Assembly: GCA_964593065.1 (NCBI GenBank)
Contig: CAZQGO010000004.1
Location: 51,832 to 115,831 of the forward strand
Direction: 5' to 3'
DNA from: an uncultured bacterium
GTDB taxonomy: Bacteria; Oederibacteriota; JAAXVQ01
DNA length: 64,000 nucleotides
Shown here: in pieces, positions 9,406 through 18,149 of the stretch
Numbering within the stretch: the first letter of the stretch is position 1
Layout: every line of letters starts with the position of its first letter
Translations under genes and position numbers: made by a program
Notes under the pieces: generated by a model
What the model saw: the letters and a program-made list of their open reading frames with translations, nothing else
Database searches by the model: none
What the model was told of the DNA's origin: nothing

Positions 9406-11505
9406 TTACCTTAATTTATAGCGTTCGATCAGTTTGGCCAGCTCCAACGAGATGGCATTCATCTTCTGCGCCACCATGCTGACGTCGCTCAGGGTCGTCT
9501 TTTGCTGTTCCGTCAGGGCCGCGACTTCTTTGGTGGAAAATGCGCTTTCCTTGGAAAGGACGGCGACCTCCTCCAGGGTCTGGCTCAGATCCTCGGTATG
9601 GTTGACTTGCTCCTCCGCCGAAGCGACGATGGCGGTGGCCAAGGAAGTGGCTTCCCTCACGCTCCGGATGATATTGTCGAAAGCTTCGTGGGTTTCGTTT
9701 GCCAATTCCTGGCCCCGCTCCACTTCGCGGGTTTCATCCGTAATCGAAGCCACCGCCTTGTTCGTTTCTCCCTGGATTTCGGAGACGATGGCCTCGATTT
9801 TTTGCGCCGCCGTGGTGGAGGCCTCCGCGAGTTTTCGCACCTCATCCGCGACCACGGCAAACCCTCTTCCCCCTTCCCCAGCCCGTGCCGCTTCGATGGA
9901 GGCGTTCAGCGCCAGCGTGTTGGTATTCCGAGCCATTTTACCGATCAGCAGTACGACCTGCCCGATTTCTTCCGACTTGGCGTGCAATAACTGCAGGGTC
10001 TGACGCGACTCCTGGACAACGCGGTTAATTTGGCGCATCTGTTCCAGAATGGCTTGAACGGCCTGCCCCCCGGCTTCTGCCGTCTGGACCGCGTACAGTG
10101 AAGCCTTGGCGGCGGTTCCCGATTGTTCCGCGACCTGGGAATAGGCCACGCGCAACTTGTTGGAAATATCGGAAATGTGTTCCACCTGGGTGAATTGCTG
10201 TCCCACCGCCTGGGCGACCTCGTTGGAGGTGGCGGAAATCTGTTGTGAGGAAGCGCTGATCTGGCCGGTCTTCTGCGACAAATCCTTGGCCAGACCTAAA
10301 ACCGTTTGCGCCGTGGCATTGATTTTGACCATGAGGGTATGGAGCGCCTTTTTCATGAGGTTCATCAGATTGGCGATGGCTCCAATCTCATCCTCGCTCA
10401 GCAGCTGCACGCGCGCGGTCAGGTCCCCGGCCGCAATTTCCTTGACCGGCGGGATGATCGAGCGCAAGGATCTCATTATTTCGGCGGAGAACAGGAAAGC
10501 CAAAAGGGCCGCCAGGACCAAAGTGATCGCGACCGTCAGCGCGAGAACATGAAGATATTCCCTGGCAAAGTCTTTCAAGCCCGCCACAGGATAAACGGCG
10601 CCGATGGAGTAGCGGGGATGCAGATGTTCGGAGACCAGCAGAAGATGATCCCTTCCCGGGGGTTTTCTGCCCCGTAAAACCTCCCGGGAGAAATTCCCGG
10701 GGTTATGGATGATCTGGGCTGTCTGCTTGTCGATCAGGTAGACTGCCCCACCCTGTCCGATGCGCAGGCCGGTAAGCTTCGGCTCCAGCCGGTCCGCGCC
10801 TTGGACATCCGACCCGGCGGGCAGGAACCGTCCGACCGCAGCCAGGGTGTCCGACACCTGGGCGCTCGTCGCCGCGGTCAATATTTTTCGGCCGATCAAA
10901 AAAGACCCCAGCCCACCCAACATCACGCCGAATACTGCGATGGCCAGTGTGGCGGCAATCATTTTTGCGCGAATGCCGAAAATGGCAGCTGTTTTTTCGA
11001 AAGAAACGTTTGTCGCCTGGTTTTGCAGTCGTTGCCGCAGAGGCCCGAGAACCAGCTTGGAAAAATAGAAGAACGAGGGGATGAGCAGGCTCGCGATCAT
11101 GACGGCGGCGAGATTCAGGAAGATAAAATCGTTCCAGGACAGCAGGTTGCGGGTTATGGCCGCCGAGAGAAAGGCCAGCTCGCAGCCTGCAAACCAAACC
11201 AGCAGAAAGCACAAGGCGGCGCGGTAAGGAAAGAGCAGGAGGGCGTCCAGACCCTGTTCGACCACTGCTGGAGAGCCCGGTTGCGCCTCGCTGTTGAGCC
11301 AAGTTTGCACGGGAGAAAATATTTTTTTCAAGACGTAAAAATCAACCAGCAGGGACCCCAGTGCAAATACGCCGAACAGCGCCGCGAGAGGCGCCATCGC
11401 CGGCGGCGTAACCTGCAGGAGTGCTTGGAAAAACCAAGCCAGGCCGCCCGCTCCCGCCAGCGAAAAGACGAGGATGAGAATAAATTGCCGCCAAAAATAA
11501 GACAT
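9406..11505 (-). CDS. Methyl-accepting chemotaxis protein with a multi-TM N-terminal sensor region, HAMP and MCP signalling domain
   Basis: C-terminal signalling domain …ASIEAARAGEGGRGFAVVADEVRKLAE…. Start moved to ATG 11505 (MSYFWRQFILIL…, GGAG RBS); the upstream 70 codons of the track ORF are non-protein-like. Confidence 0.85.
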   Translation of the reverse strand: MSYFWRQFILILVFSLAGAGGLAWFFQALLQVTPPAMAPLAALFGVFALGSLLVDFYVLKKIFSPVQTWLNSEAQPGSPAVVEQGLDALLLFPYRAALCFLLVWFAGCELAFLSAAITRNLLSWNDFIFLNLAAVMIASLLIPSFFYFSKLVLGPLRQRLQNQATNVSFEKTAAIFGIRAKMIAATLAIAVFGVMLGGLGSFLIGRKILTAATSAQVSDTLAAVGRFLPAGSDVQGADRLEPKLTGLRIGQGGAVYLIDKQTAQIIHNPGNFSREVLRGRKPPGRDHLLLVSEHLHPRYSIGAVYPVAGLKDFAREYLHVLALTVAITLVLAALLAFLFSAEIMRSLRSIIPPVKEIAAGDLTARVQLLSEDEIGAIANLMNLMKKALHTLMVKINATAQTVLGLAKDLSQKTGQISASSQQISATSNEVAQAVGQQFTQVEHISDISNKLRVAYSQVAEQSGTAAKASLYAVQTAEAGGQAVQAILEQMRQINRVVQESRQTLQLLHAKSEEIGQVVLLIGKMARNTNTLALNASIEAARAGEGGRGFAVVADEVRKLAEASTTAAQKIEAIVSEIQGETNKAVASITDETREVERGQELANETHEAFDNIIRSVREATSLATAIVASAEEQVNHTEDLSQTLEEVAVLSKESAFSTKEVAALTEQQKTTLSDVSMVAQKMNAISLELAKLIERYKLR

Positions 11506-11801
11506 GGATTCTCCCAGCGTGATCCCGGTCCGAACGATACGGAAACCCGGCAAAGCGGCTCCGCGGGTCGGCATCGCCAGCCGAAAGGTCCAAGGCGAAT
11601 TCATCGCGAGGCAGGCGGGGGCCGTACTCGGGAGGAGGGCGCACACTTCCCGGAGATGTGTCACGAGGGATTTTGGATTTGAGCCTGCGGGCGCCAAGTC
11701 CCCTGAAAACCACACAGGTTCTTTCCCCGCTCCAGCCCCGAATCCCTGCCGGATTCTGCCGCGGCCACTTCAGACCCTGCGAAGACTTGGCCCGGTGGAT
11801 G

Positions 11802-12560
11802 TCACTCCGGATTGCCCTTGAGTTTTTCCATCAAATCATCATCAATATCAAAATTGGCGTGCACCTTTTGGACGTCTTCCATATCGTCCAAGCCATCCAA
11901 GAGTTTCAGCAGCTGTTCGGCCTGTTTTCCTTCCACGCTGACGTAGTTTGAAGGCACGAGCGTGATTTCGGCCGAATCGGGTTCCACCTTGGTCTTGATC
12001 TGGTTTTGCACTTGCTCAAATTCGTTCGGATTGACCGTGACCGTATACGTATCCGGATCATCCGTCTGAATATCTTCGGCCCCCGCTTCCAGGGCCAAAT
12101 CCATCAGTTCCTCTTCCCCGATCAGCGATTTTTTAACAGTAACCAAGCCTTTTTTATTGAACATCCAGGATACGCTGCCCGGTTCACCGAGATTGCCCCC
12201 GTGTTTGGAGAAAGTCGAGCGGATGTCGGAGGCCGTCCGATTTTTATTGTCGGTCGTCGCCTCGACCAGGATGGCCACACCTCCGGGTCCGTAGCCTTCG
12301 TAGACGATGTCTTCCAAGGTTTCCGAAGCAAGTTCACCCGTGCCCTTCATGATGGCCTTTTTGATGTTGTCGGCCGGCATATTCACGGCTTTGGCCGCCA
12401 AGATGGCCGTGCGTAAACGAGCATTGAGATTGGGATCTCCCCCTCCCTGCTTGGCGGCAGAGATGATTTCGCGCGTCACCTTCGTAAAAGCCTGACCCCG
12501 TTTGGCGTCCACAGCGGCCTTGGCGCGTTTGATCGTCGCCCATTTTGAATGCCCAGACAT
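11802..12560 (-). CDS. yebC: YebC/PmpR family DNA-binding transcriptional regulator
   Basis: MSGHSKWATIKR… matches the family N-terminus. The track start at 12575 is TTG; the ATG at 12560 is used. Confidence 0.9.
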   Translation of the reverse strand: MSGHSKWATIKRAKAAVDAKRGQAFTKVTREIISAAKQGGGDPNLNARLRTAILAAKAVNMPADNIKKAIMKGTGELASETLEDIVYEGYGPGGVAILVEATTDNKNRTASDIRSTFSKHGGNLGEPGSVSWMFNKKGLVTVKKSLIGEEELMDLALEAGAEDIQTDDPDTYTVTVNPNEFEQVQNQIKTKVEPDSAEITLVPSNYVSVEGKQAEQLLKLLDGLDDMEDVQKVHANFDIDDDLMEKLKGNPE

Positions 12561-12589
12561 GAAAACCTCCGGCAATAAAGTTTAGGCAA

Positions 12590-12617
12590 ATTATACTTTT
12601 TTACCTTTATTTGTAAA
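12590..12617 (-). promoter_or_regulatory. σ70-like promoter for yebC (TTTACA - 16 nt - TATAAT on minus strand)
   Basis: Hexamers read from the reverse complement: -10 at 12595-12590, -35 at 12617-12612. Confidence 0.5.
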
Positions 12618-12643
12618 GGAAAATCGCCTGAGACCGCAATCGA

Positions 12644-12661
12644 CCGGAGAATATTTTCCGG
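12644..12661. promoter_or_regulatory. 18-bp near-perfect inverted repeat CCGGAgAATATTtTCCGG between the divergent yebC and RHH/PilZ promoters (candidate operator)
   Basis: Palindrome with one mismatched pair, located between the two -35 elements. Confidence 0.35.
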
Positions 12662-12676
12662 CCATAAACAATTTGT

Positions 12677-12705
12677 TTGACAGTTTTGGTAATATATTAT
12701 ATTAT
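12677..12705 (+). promoter_or_regulatory. σ70-like promoter for the RHH–PilZ unit (TTGACA - 17 nt - TATTAT)
   Basis: Hexamers at 12677-12682 and 12700-12705, followed by an AGGAGG RBS at 12719-12724. Confidence 0.55.
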
Positions 12706-12733
12706 TATATATGATATTAGGAGGAAAACGAGT

Positions 12734-12928
12734 ATGATTATCAATTTTTACATTCCCCCAAAGGAAAAAAGCCTCATTGAAGGGATTAGAAAGGTCTCGG
12801 AGCAGAAAAGAAGGAGTTTCAGCTATATTATCCGGGAAGCTTTGGAGTTCTACCTATACGACAGTTCTCCGGGAGGAGAAAAAACATCAAAAAGGAGGGT
12901 GTCCAGTGAACCAAAAACGCATGAATGA
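12734..12928 (+). CDS. Small ribbon-helix-helix (CopG/Arc/MetJ-like) DNA-binding protein, 64 aa
   Basis: ATG at 12734 with a strong SD. …RRSFSYIIREALEFYL… is a typical RHH helix-B pattern. Its 3' end overlaps the PilZ start. Confidence 0.7.
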   Translation: MIINFYIPPKEKSLIEGIRKVSEQKRRSFSYIIREALEFYLYDSSPGGEKTSKRRVSSEPKTHE

Positions 12929-13271
12929 AAGAATTCAAGTGAACTTGCCCATCACCTGTACCTTGACCGATAATACAACTTCGAGGAATTTATCGGGTCA
13001 AATAGACGATCTCAGCATTGCGGGCATGAAGATTTCACTGCCCTTGTTAAAAATGAAAGCCAAAATCCTTGATTTCGTATTGGAACTTCCCCACCCTTTC
13101 AGCCGTATTAAAGGCAATGCTGAAATCCAATGGCAGCGATGGGATTCAGCGAAAAACCGTATGACCTGCGGCCTTAAATTATCTCCCATGCGCATCGAGC
13201 ATTTAACCGAAATTGATACGATCGTCCAGGAAGTTCAAGCGGACGGCGGAAAAGTGAAACACTCCGGTTAG
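12906..13271 (+). CDS. PilZ domain protein (c-di-GMP receptor), copy 1
   Basis: RxxxR (KRMNER) and DxSxxG (DDLSIAGMK) motifs. GTG start at 12906 with an AAAGGAGGG SD 7 nt upstream; alternative ATG at 12921. Confidence 0.75.
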   Translation: MNQKRMNERIQVNLPITCTLTDNTTSRNLSGQIDDLSIAGMKISLPLLKMKAKILDFVLELPHPFSRIKGNAEIQWQRWDSAKNRMTCGLKLSPMRIEHLTEIDTIVQEVQADGGKVKHSG

Positions 13272-13316
13272 GCGACCACCGTGACGGTGGTTGCGCGAGA
13301 TTTTTTTTTGTTTTTC
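13272..13316 (+). terminator. Rho-independent terminator after PilZ-1
   Basis: GC-rich stem (gcgACCACCG tga CGGTGGTtgc) followed by a T9-G-T5 run, immediately after the stop. Confidence 0.6.
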
Positions 13317-13378
13317 GCCTATTCGGCGGTACAATACGGGCCCGGTTCTTCGGCATTCCAGCACAACGGGTGGATACG

Positions 13379-13756
13379 ATGGAACAACGTCGTAAATACG
13401 CACGTTTCAAGGTGGATCTGCCTATTACCTGCACGGTCGTGGATCCGCGGCATTATCGCACCCTTTCCACACCCGGCCAGGTTCAGGATTTATGCCTGAA
13501 AGGAATGAAAGTCCATCTGCCGGGGGGGCTGATTGTTCGCGAGACGGCAGCCATTCACTACGTGCTGGATTTGCCTAAGCCGTATACCCGGATTAAGGGC
13601 AACGGTAAAATACGATGGACGCATTGGGATGAAAAGAAGGATTACACGCTGTTCGGCATGGAAACCTATTTTTGGTCCCATGCCCACCGTGCTCATCTGG
13701 AAGCCTTGCTGCGCGAACTCGCCGAGTCTTCGTCAAAATCCAAGGACCCGATGTAA
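13379..13756 (+). CDS. PilZ domain protein, copy 2 (paralogue)
   Basis: RRKYARFKV (RxxxR) and QDLCLKGMK (DxCxxG variant) motifs. ATG at 13379; in-frame GTG at 13370. Confidence 0.7.
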   Translation: MEQRRKYARFKVDLPITCTVVDPRHYRTLSTPGQVQDLCLKGMKVHLPGGLIVRETAAIHYVLDLPKPYTRIKGNGKIRWTHWDEKKDYTLFGMETYFWSHAHRAHLEALLRELAESSSKSKDPM

Positions 13757-13764
13757 CCCGGTTT

Positions 13765-15471
13765 TCAGAAGTTGCGTTGGTCCGTGCTGAAGGCCAGATC
13801 CTGCAGCCGCAGAGGAGAAGAATCAGTCACGGGGTAAAAAACGGCTTGCCAGGCCTCGGTGCGTTCCGGTTCCTCGCCTGTCGGAATTCTCACCAAGACT
13901 TCCAGCCCGCGAATTTGCTCGCATGAATCCGTCAGGAACACGCGTAAATCTGCCGTGGCGCCCTGCGGACAGAGTCCGTAACCCAAGCCTGCCAGGAAGT
14001 CGGGATCCTCGATTTGCTGATAATCCAAAACCCGGTAGATCTGGTCTCCGGCAACTGGTTCCAGTTCCAAGACGTTTTGCGGTGGTTTTTTGGTTATGAA
14101 ATCGATCAATGCGGTCAGCGCATCGCCGGCACTGACCCGATCCACGAGGGACCGGGTACGAATCGGGGTCCAGGCCCCACCCGGGAGTGAACGAAAAAAT
14201 GTGCCCGTCCCATCGTGGAACCAAACCTGCTGCTCGCTTCCAACCTGGCGCCAGCAGAAATATTTCCCGCCCGGCTCATTGACCCAGACCATTTCCAGCG
14301 CGCGGTCCCGGAGACTCCAGCGCAGGGACCTGTCCCGGCGCTCTCCGCAGGTGTAGATTTCCCATCGGGCGGGGATGTTCAGATTCCGGCGGCACTGGAG
14401 GACCCGTTCCGCTTTCCCTGCAGTGGTGATGGTTCGCAGGCGGGCCTGTCGTTTCCGTTCGGCAAAATCCTGCCAGGCCAGGAAACCTTCCAGCCGAAAA
14501 CCCAACAGGGGGTTGCGCCGCTTTAATTCATGCAGGCATTCTTCCGCCTCGCCGGTGCGGCCCGCGAGGCCCTGCAGCGCGCCTCGGAAGTAGAGCCAAC
14601 GGTCGTTGCCTTTCCAGGCTTTTTGCACCAGCGGCTGCAAACTGCTTCCGGCCGCCGCATCTCCACTCTGCAAAACCAGCCTCGCCATTTCCGCCAATAA
14701 ACCGCTCGCCGCCGGCGTATCCGCTTCCGTAGTGAGATATCGAATAACGGCGTCACGGACGAGCCCATGATTGCGACTGTACGCGATTACGTGTTGATAA
14801 ACAGAACTCCACAATCGCTGGTCGGTTAACGCCTTCCCCATCGCGTCCGTCGCCGTGGAAGTGACGCCGGGCCTGGTTTCGGACGCTCCGGGAGGAAATA
14901 AGAACGCCAGACTGTCATGGACCACGCGGGTATTTCCCCCCGCAAAGAAACAGGACCATTGTTCGGCAAGCACTTTCTCATTGGCTGGGGGGGAATCCAG
15001 AATGGCCAACACCGGGGGGGAAGGCTGGTTCGCCTGCTCCAGGAGGACCTGGCGGTCATCCTCCGGCTCCGCCAGGGCCCAGGAGTTCAGCTTGGCGGAT
15101 ACCCGTTCATCCTTGGCGCGGCGGAATATCTCCAGTAACATTTCGCGCCCAGGCCAATCCGAGCGTCCGTAAAGCTTTTCGGCTGCGCGCCAAACCTCGG
15201 GATGGTCAACCGCGAGGACCGCAAAAAACCGCGCCTGGGCGGAGATCCAAGGCATTGCTTCCGGGCCTTCGCCGCCCGGAGTCCGTCCGGTCTCAGCCGT
15301 CCCGACGAAATACTCCAGAGCTTCAGGAATATTCCGCGGCTTGGGACGGCGGTAATAATTAAAATAGAAATCCGCATATTCACTCTCGGACATACCCGCC
15401 CGGCATGGGACGGCCGGCAACATCCCCGAGGCCGCCAGCAAGACCAATAACACCCATCGAACGTTCCGCAT
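13765..15471 (-). CDS. Secreted hypothetical protein (568 aa) with N-terminal signal peptide
   Basis: MRNVRWVLLVLLAASGMLPAVPCRAG signal-like N-terminus; no recognisable domain. Confidence 0.6.
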   Translation of the reverse strand: MRNVRWVLLVLLAASGMLPAVPCRAGMSESEYADFYFNYYRRPKPRNIPEALEYFVGTAETGRTPGGEGPEAMPWISAQARFFAVLAVDHPEVWRAAEKLYGRSDWPGREMLLEIFRRAKDERVSAKLNSWALAEPEDDRQVLLEQANQPSPPVLAILDSPPANEKVLAEQWSCFFAGGNTRVVHDSLAFLFPPGASETRPGVTSTATDAMGKALTDQRLWSSVYQHVIAYSRNHGLVRDAVIRYLTTEADTPAASGLLAEMARLVLQSGDAAAGSSLQPLVQKAWKGNDRWLYFRGALQGLAGRTGEAEECLHELKRRNPLLGFRLEGFLAWQDFAERKRQARLRTITTAGKAERVLQCRRNLNIPARWEIYTCGERRDRSLRWSLRDRALEMVWVNEPGGKYFCWRQVGSEQQVWFHDGTGTFFRSLPGGAWTPIRTRSLVDRVSAGDALTALIDFITKKPPQNVLELEPVAGDQIYRVLDYQQIEDPDFLAGLGYGLCPQGATADLRVFLTDSCEQIRGLEVLVRIPTGEEPERTEAWQAVFYPVTDSSPLRLQDLAFSTDQRNF

Positions 15472-15667
15472 GCGAAGTTTCCCGTTTCGATACTTGGATT
15501 TCGGAGATCCACGGCAGATTGGTCGGAAAATGCACGGAGTCCATCGGATTGCCCGCCGTTACCAATCAACGGCTGCCGCAAACGACGCAGCGGGATCCCG
15601 GACACCACACGCGCTTCCGGATCGCGCCAACCGGGCTGAGTCGGTTCTGGTTTTTAGAAGGGTGAAT

Positions 15668-16042
15668 TCAGCTCCCCTCCGGTTTGGCCGGTCCAGGGGA
15701 TCGGCGAAGACCGGAGACGGCGGAACGTTGAACCTCAATTTTTACATTTTCGGCTATTTTCAAGTAGACCGTATTGTCTTTTTCATTGAACCCGAGGATG
15801 GAGCCAAAAATGCCGCTGGAAGTCAGGACTTCGTCGCCCTTTTTCAGGGATTTCAGCAATTCTTGATGCTGTTTTTGCTGTTTGCGCTGTGGAACGATAA
15901 ACAAAAGGTAAAACAGCACAAAGATCAAAATTAACGGGAGGAGAGATGTCAAGCCCGCCATGGGCCCTGCCTGCCCGCCCGCAGCCGCATGGCCTCCGCC
16001 ACCCGGCGAAGCCGCCATTGCCACCTGCATCCATGTATTCAT
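15668..16042 (-). CDS. yajC: Preprotein translocase subunit YajC
   Basis: Single TM followed by …FIVPQRKQQKQHQELLKSLKKGDEVLTSSGIFG…, immediately downstream of tgt. Confidence 0.8.
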   Translation of the reverse strand: MNTWMQVAMAASPGGGGHAAAGGQAGPMAGLTSLLPLILIFVLFYLLFIVPQRKQQKQHQELLKSLKKGDEVLTSSGIFGSILGFNEKDNTVYLKIAENVKIEVQRSAVSGLRRSPGPAKPEGS

Positions 16043-16107
16043 GCCAGACCTCCTAACGATTCAGCGCTGCAACGGATTTCCGTGCTGGGGGAAGGCGTCG
16101 TCCTGAT

Positions 16108-17235
16108 TCAGACGGAAATTTCCCCCTCCCCATTTGAATATTTTCGGGTAAATTCGAGTTTCGCCGCCTGAAAATTTCCCGCGACAATGGATTCCCGGAT
16201 AAAGTTCATCAAATGTAGCATGAACCATACATTGTGTAAAGTGGAAAGTCTGAAGGCGGTTAACTCCTGCGCATGGAACAAATGCCGCAAATAGGCCCGG
16301 CTGTACCGGCTGCACAGGGGACAACGGCACTCCGGATCCGGAGGGCGCGGGTCCTTGGCGCAGGCGGCATTTTTCACGACCAGCCGTCCCCGCGATGTAA
16401 ACAAGGTGCCGTTGCGGGCGATGCGGGTCGGCATGGCACAATCCAGCATATCCACCCCCCAGCCCACGGCCTCCCACACATCCAGGGGGGTGCCGACTCC
16501 CATGAGATAGCGGGGTTTTTCCTCCGGAAGGATCGGGTCCAAGACCTCCAGCATTTCCCACAGCTTGTCTGAACCCTCCCCCACGGACAGGCCCCCGATG
16601 CCGAAGCCGGGAAAATCCAGCTCCGCAATTTGACGGGCTGAGGTCGCGCGGGCCGAGCGGTCCACACCGCCCTGCACGATGCCGAATAAAACCTGGTCTC
16701 CACCCAGGGATGCATGCGCGGCGAGACAACGCCGGGCCCAGGCCGTGGTCCGTTCCACGGCGGCGCGAATTTCCCGGGGTTGCGCCGGGTAGCCGACACA
16801 CTCGTCCAAAGCCATGATGATATCCGCACCCAAGGCATGCTGCAACTGCATGTTGGATTCGGGAGTAAAATAATGGCGGGACCCGTCCCAAGGGGAGGAA
16901 AACTCCACGCCGGCGGAGGTAATCTTCCTCAGATCGGCCAGGGAAAAAACCTGGAAGCCCCCGGAATCCGTAATAATCCCCCCCGGCCAGGACATGAAAC
17001 GGTGCAACCCCTGCGCCCCGGCAATCACGTTTTCCCCGGGGCGCAAATGCAAATGGTATGCGTTGCACAGAATCATTCCGACGTCCAGGGTTTCCAAATC
17101 CTCGGAGCTCAAGGCTTTGACGGTGGCCTGGGTGGCCACGGGCATGAAAACGGGTGTGGCCAGGATTGTCCCCCTCGGCAACTCCAGCGTGCCCGCCCGC
17201 GCCCGTCCGCTGCTATGGGAAATCGCAAACCGCAT
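16108..17235 (-). CDS. tgt: Queuine tRNA-ribosyltransferase
   Basis: MRFAISHSSGRARAG… aligns with the E. coli Tgt N-terminus, plus the zinc site CxCxxC…H. The second ATG at 17235 is preferred (RBS spacing). Confidence 0.92.
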   Translation of the reverse strand: MRFAISHSSGRARAGTLELPRGTILATPVFMPVATQATVKALSSEDLETLDVGMILCNAYHLHLRPGENVIAGAQGLHRFMSWPGGIITDSGGFQVFSLADLRKITSAGVEFSSPWDGSRHYFTPESNMQLQHALGADIIMALDECVGYPAQPREIRAAVERTTAWARRCLAAHASLGGDQVLFGIVQGGVDRSARATSARQIAELDFPGFGIGGLSVGEGSDKLWEMLEVLDPILPEEKPRYLMGVGTPLDVWEAVGWGVDMLDCAMPTRIARNGTLFTSRGRLVVKNAACAKDPRPPDPECRCPLCSRYSRAYLRHLFHAQELTAFRLSTLHNVWFMLHLMNFIRESIVAGNFQAAKLEFTRKYSNGEGEISV

Positions 17236-17266
17236 GTTCATCCTTTCCGTTGCGGGGAGCGAGGGA

Positions 17267-18121
17267 TCAGAACAACTGGCCTTGGGAGGAAGATCGCTGG
17301 ACGGATCGGCCTCCGCGCTGCGGCGCCGCCGGATTTGCCGGCAACGGAATACCGAGCAGGTCGGCCATCTGCCGGGCGTTGGTCACGGCTTGCGACTGCC
17401 AGTGATTATTGAAAAACACGAAAGTCGTGGTCACGGTGTCCGCCAGGGATCGGATGGGTTCAACCCAGCTCTGCAATTCCTGGAGCGAATACAAATAGTC
17501 GTAGCGCTCCCAGGGTTGCGCATCCCGCTTGAACCATTTTTCCCGGTTCCGCCCATGAAAGCGGAAATATCCCACTTCCCCGGTTGCCGCCACCTTGACC
17601 GGCATCAGGCCCTTCAGGGCCGGTTCATCCACAATGACATAATTCAGGGAAGCATCCCGCAAAAAATCGAATACCTCCGCTTGCATCCAGCTCCGATGGC
17701 GGAATTCGACCAGCACCGGAGTGCCTCCGGGCAGGTTGTTTTTTAAATCCAGCAAGTAACCGCGGTTGTCCAGGGTGTTGACAAACGCATAGGGGAACTG
17801 GGCTAAAATGCCTCCCAGGCGCTGCGCATCGGCAAATGGTTTCGTCGCCTCCCGCAATGCCGCGTATTCCGCCGGGCCGGCATTGCGGTCGTGCGTCATG
17901 GAGTGGTGGGCCTTGACCACGAATTGCACGCGTCCCCCGGACTTCCTGACCATGGCCTGGGTGCTGCGCGCCGTCGGAATGCGGTAATAGGTGGCGTTCA
18001 TCTCGCAGGCGGAAAACACCTGGGCATAGTAGGCCAGCATCTCGCCGGCCGCCAGGTCGGCGGGATAGAATCCTCCCCGCCAGTCCGCATAGGAAAAACC
18101 CGAGGTGCCGATGAAAATCAT
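17267..18121 (-). CDS. DUF72 (YecE-like) family protein
   Basis: MIFIGTSGFSYADW… is a typical DUF72 N-terminus. Confidence 0.75.
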   Translation of the reverse strand: MIFIGTSGFSYADWRGGFYPADLAAGEMLAYYAQVFSACEMNATYYRIPTARSTQAMVRKSGGRVQFVVKAHHSMTHDRNAGPAEYAALREATKPFADAQRLGGILAQFPYAFVNTLDNRGYLLDLKNNLPGGTPVLVEFRHRSWMQAEVFDFLRDASLNYVIVDEPALKGLMPVKVAATGEVGYFRFHGRNREKWFKRDAQPWERYDYLYSLQELQSWVEPIRSLADTVTTTFVFFNNHWQSQAVTNARQMADLLGIPLPANPAAPQRGGRSVQRSSSQGQLF

Positions 18122-18149
18122 GGCCCGCATCCGCCGTGCAGCCGGCCGC

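Noticed and set aside
11506-11715. N-terminal 70-codon extension of the MCP ORF (track start 11715)
   Set aside because: The extension is not protein-like and lacks an RBS. The ATG at 11505 has a GGAG RBS and begins directly with TM1. The 296-nt GC-rich leader was scanned for c-di-GMP riboswitch-like conserved motifs and none was seen.
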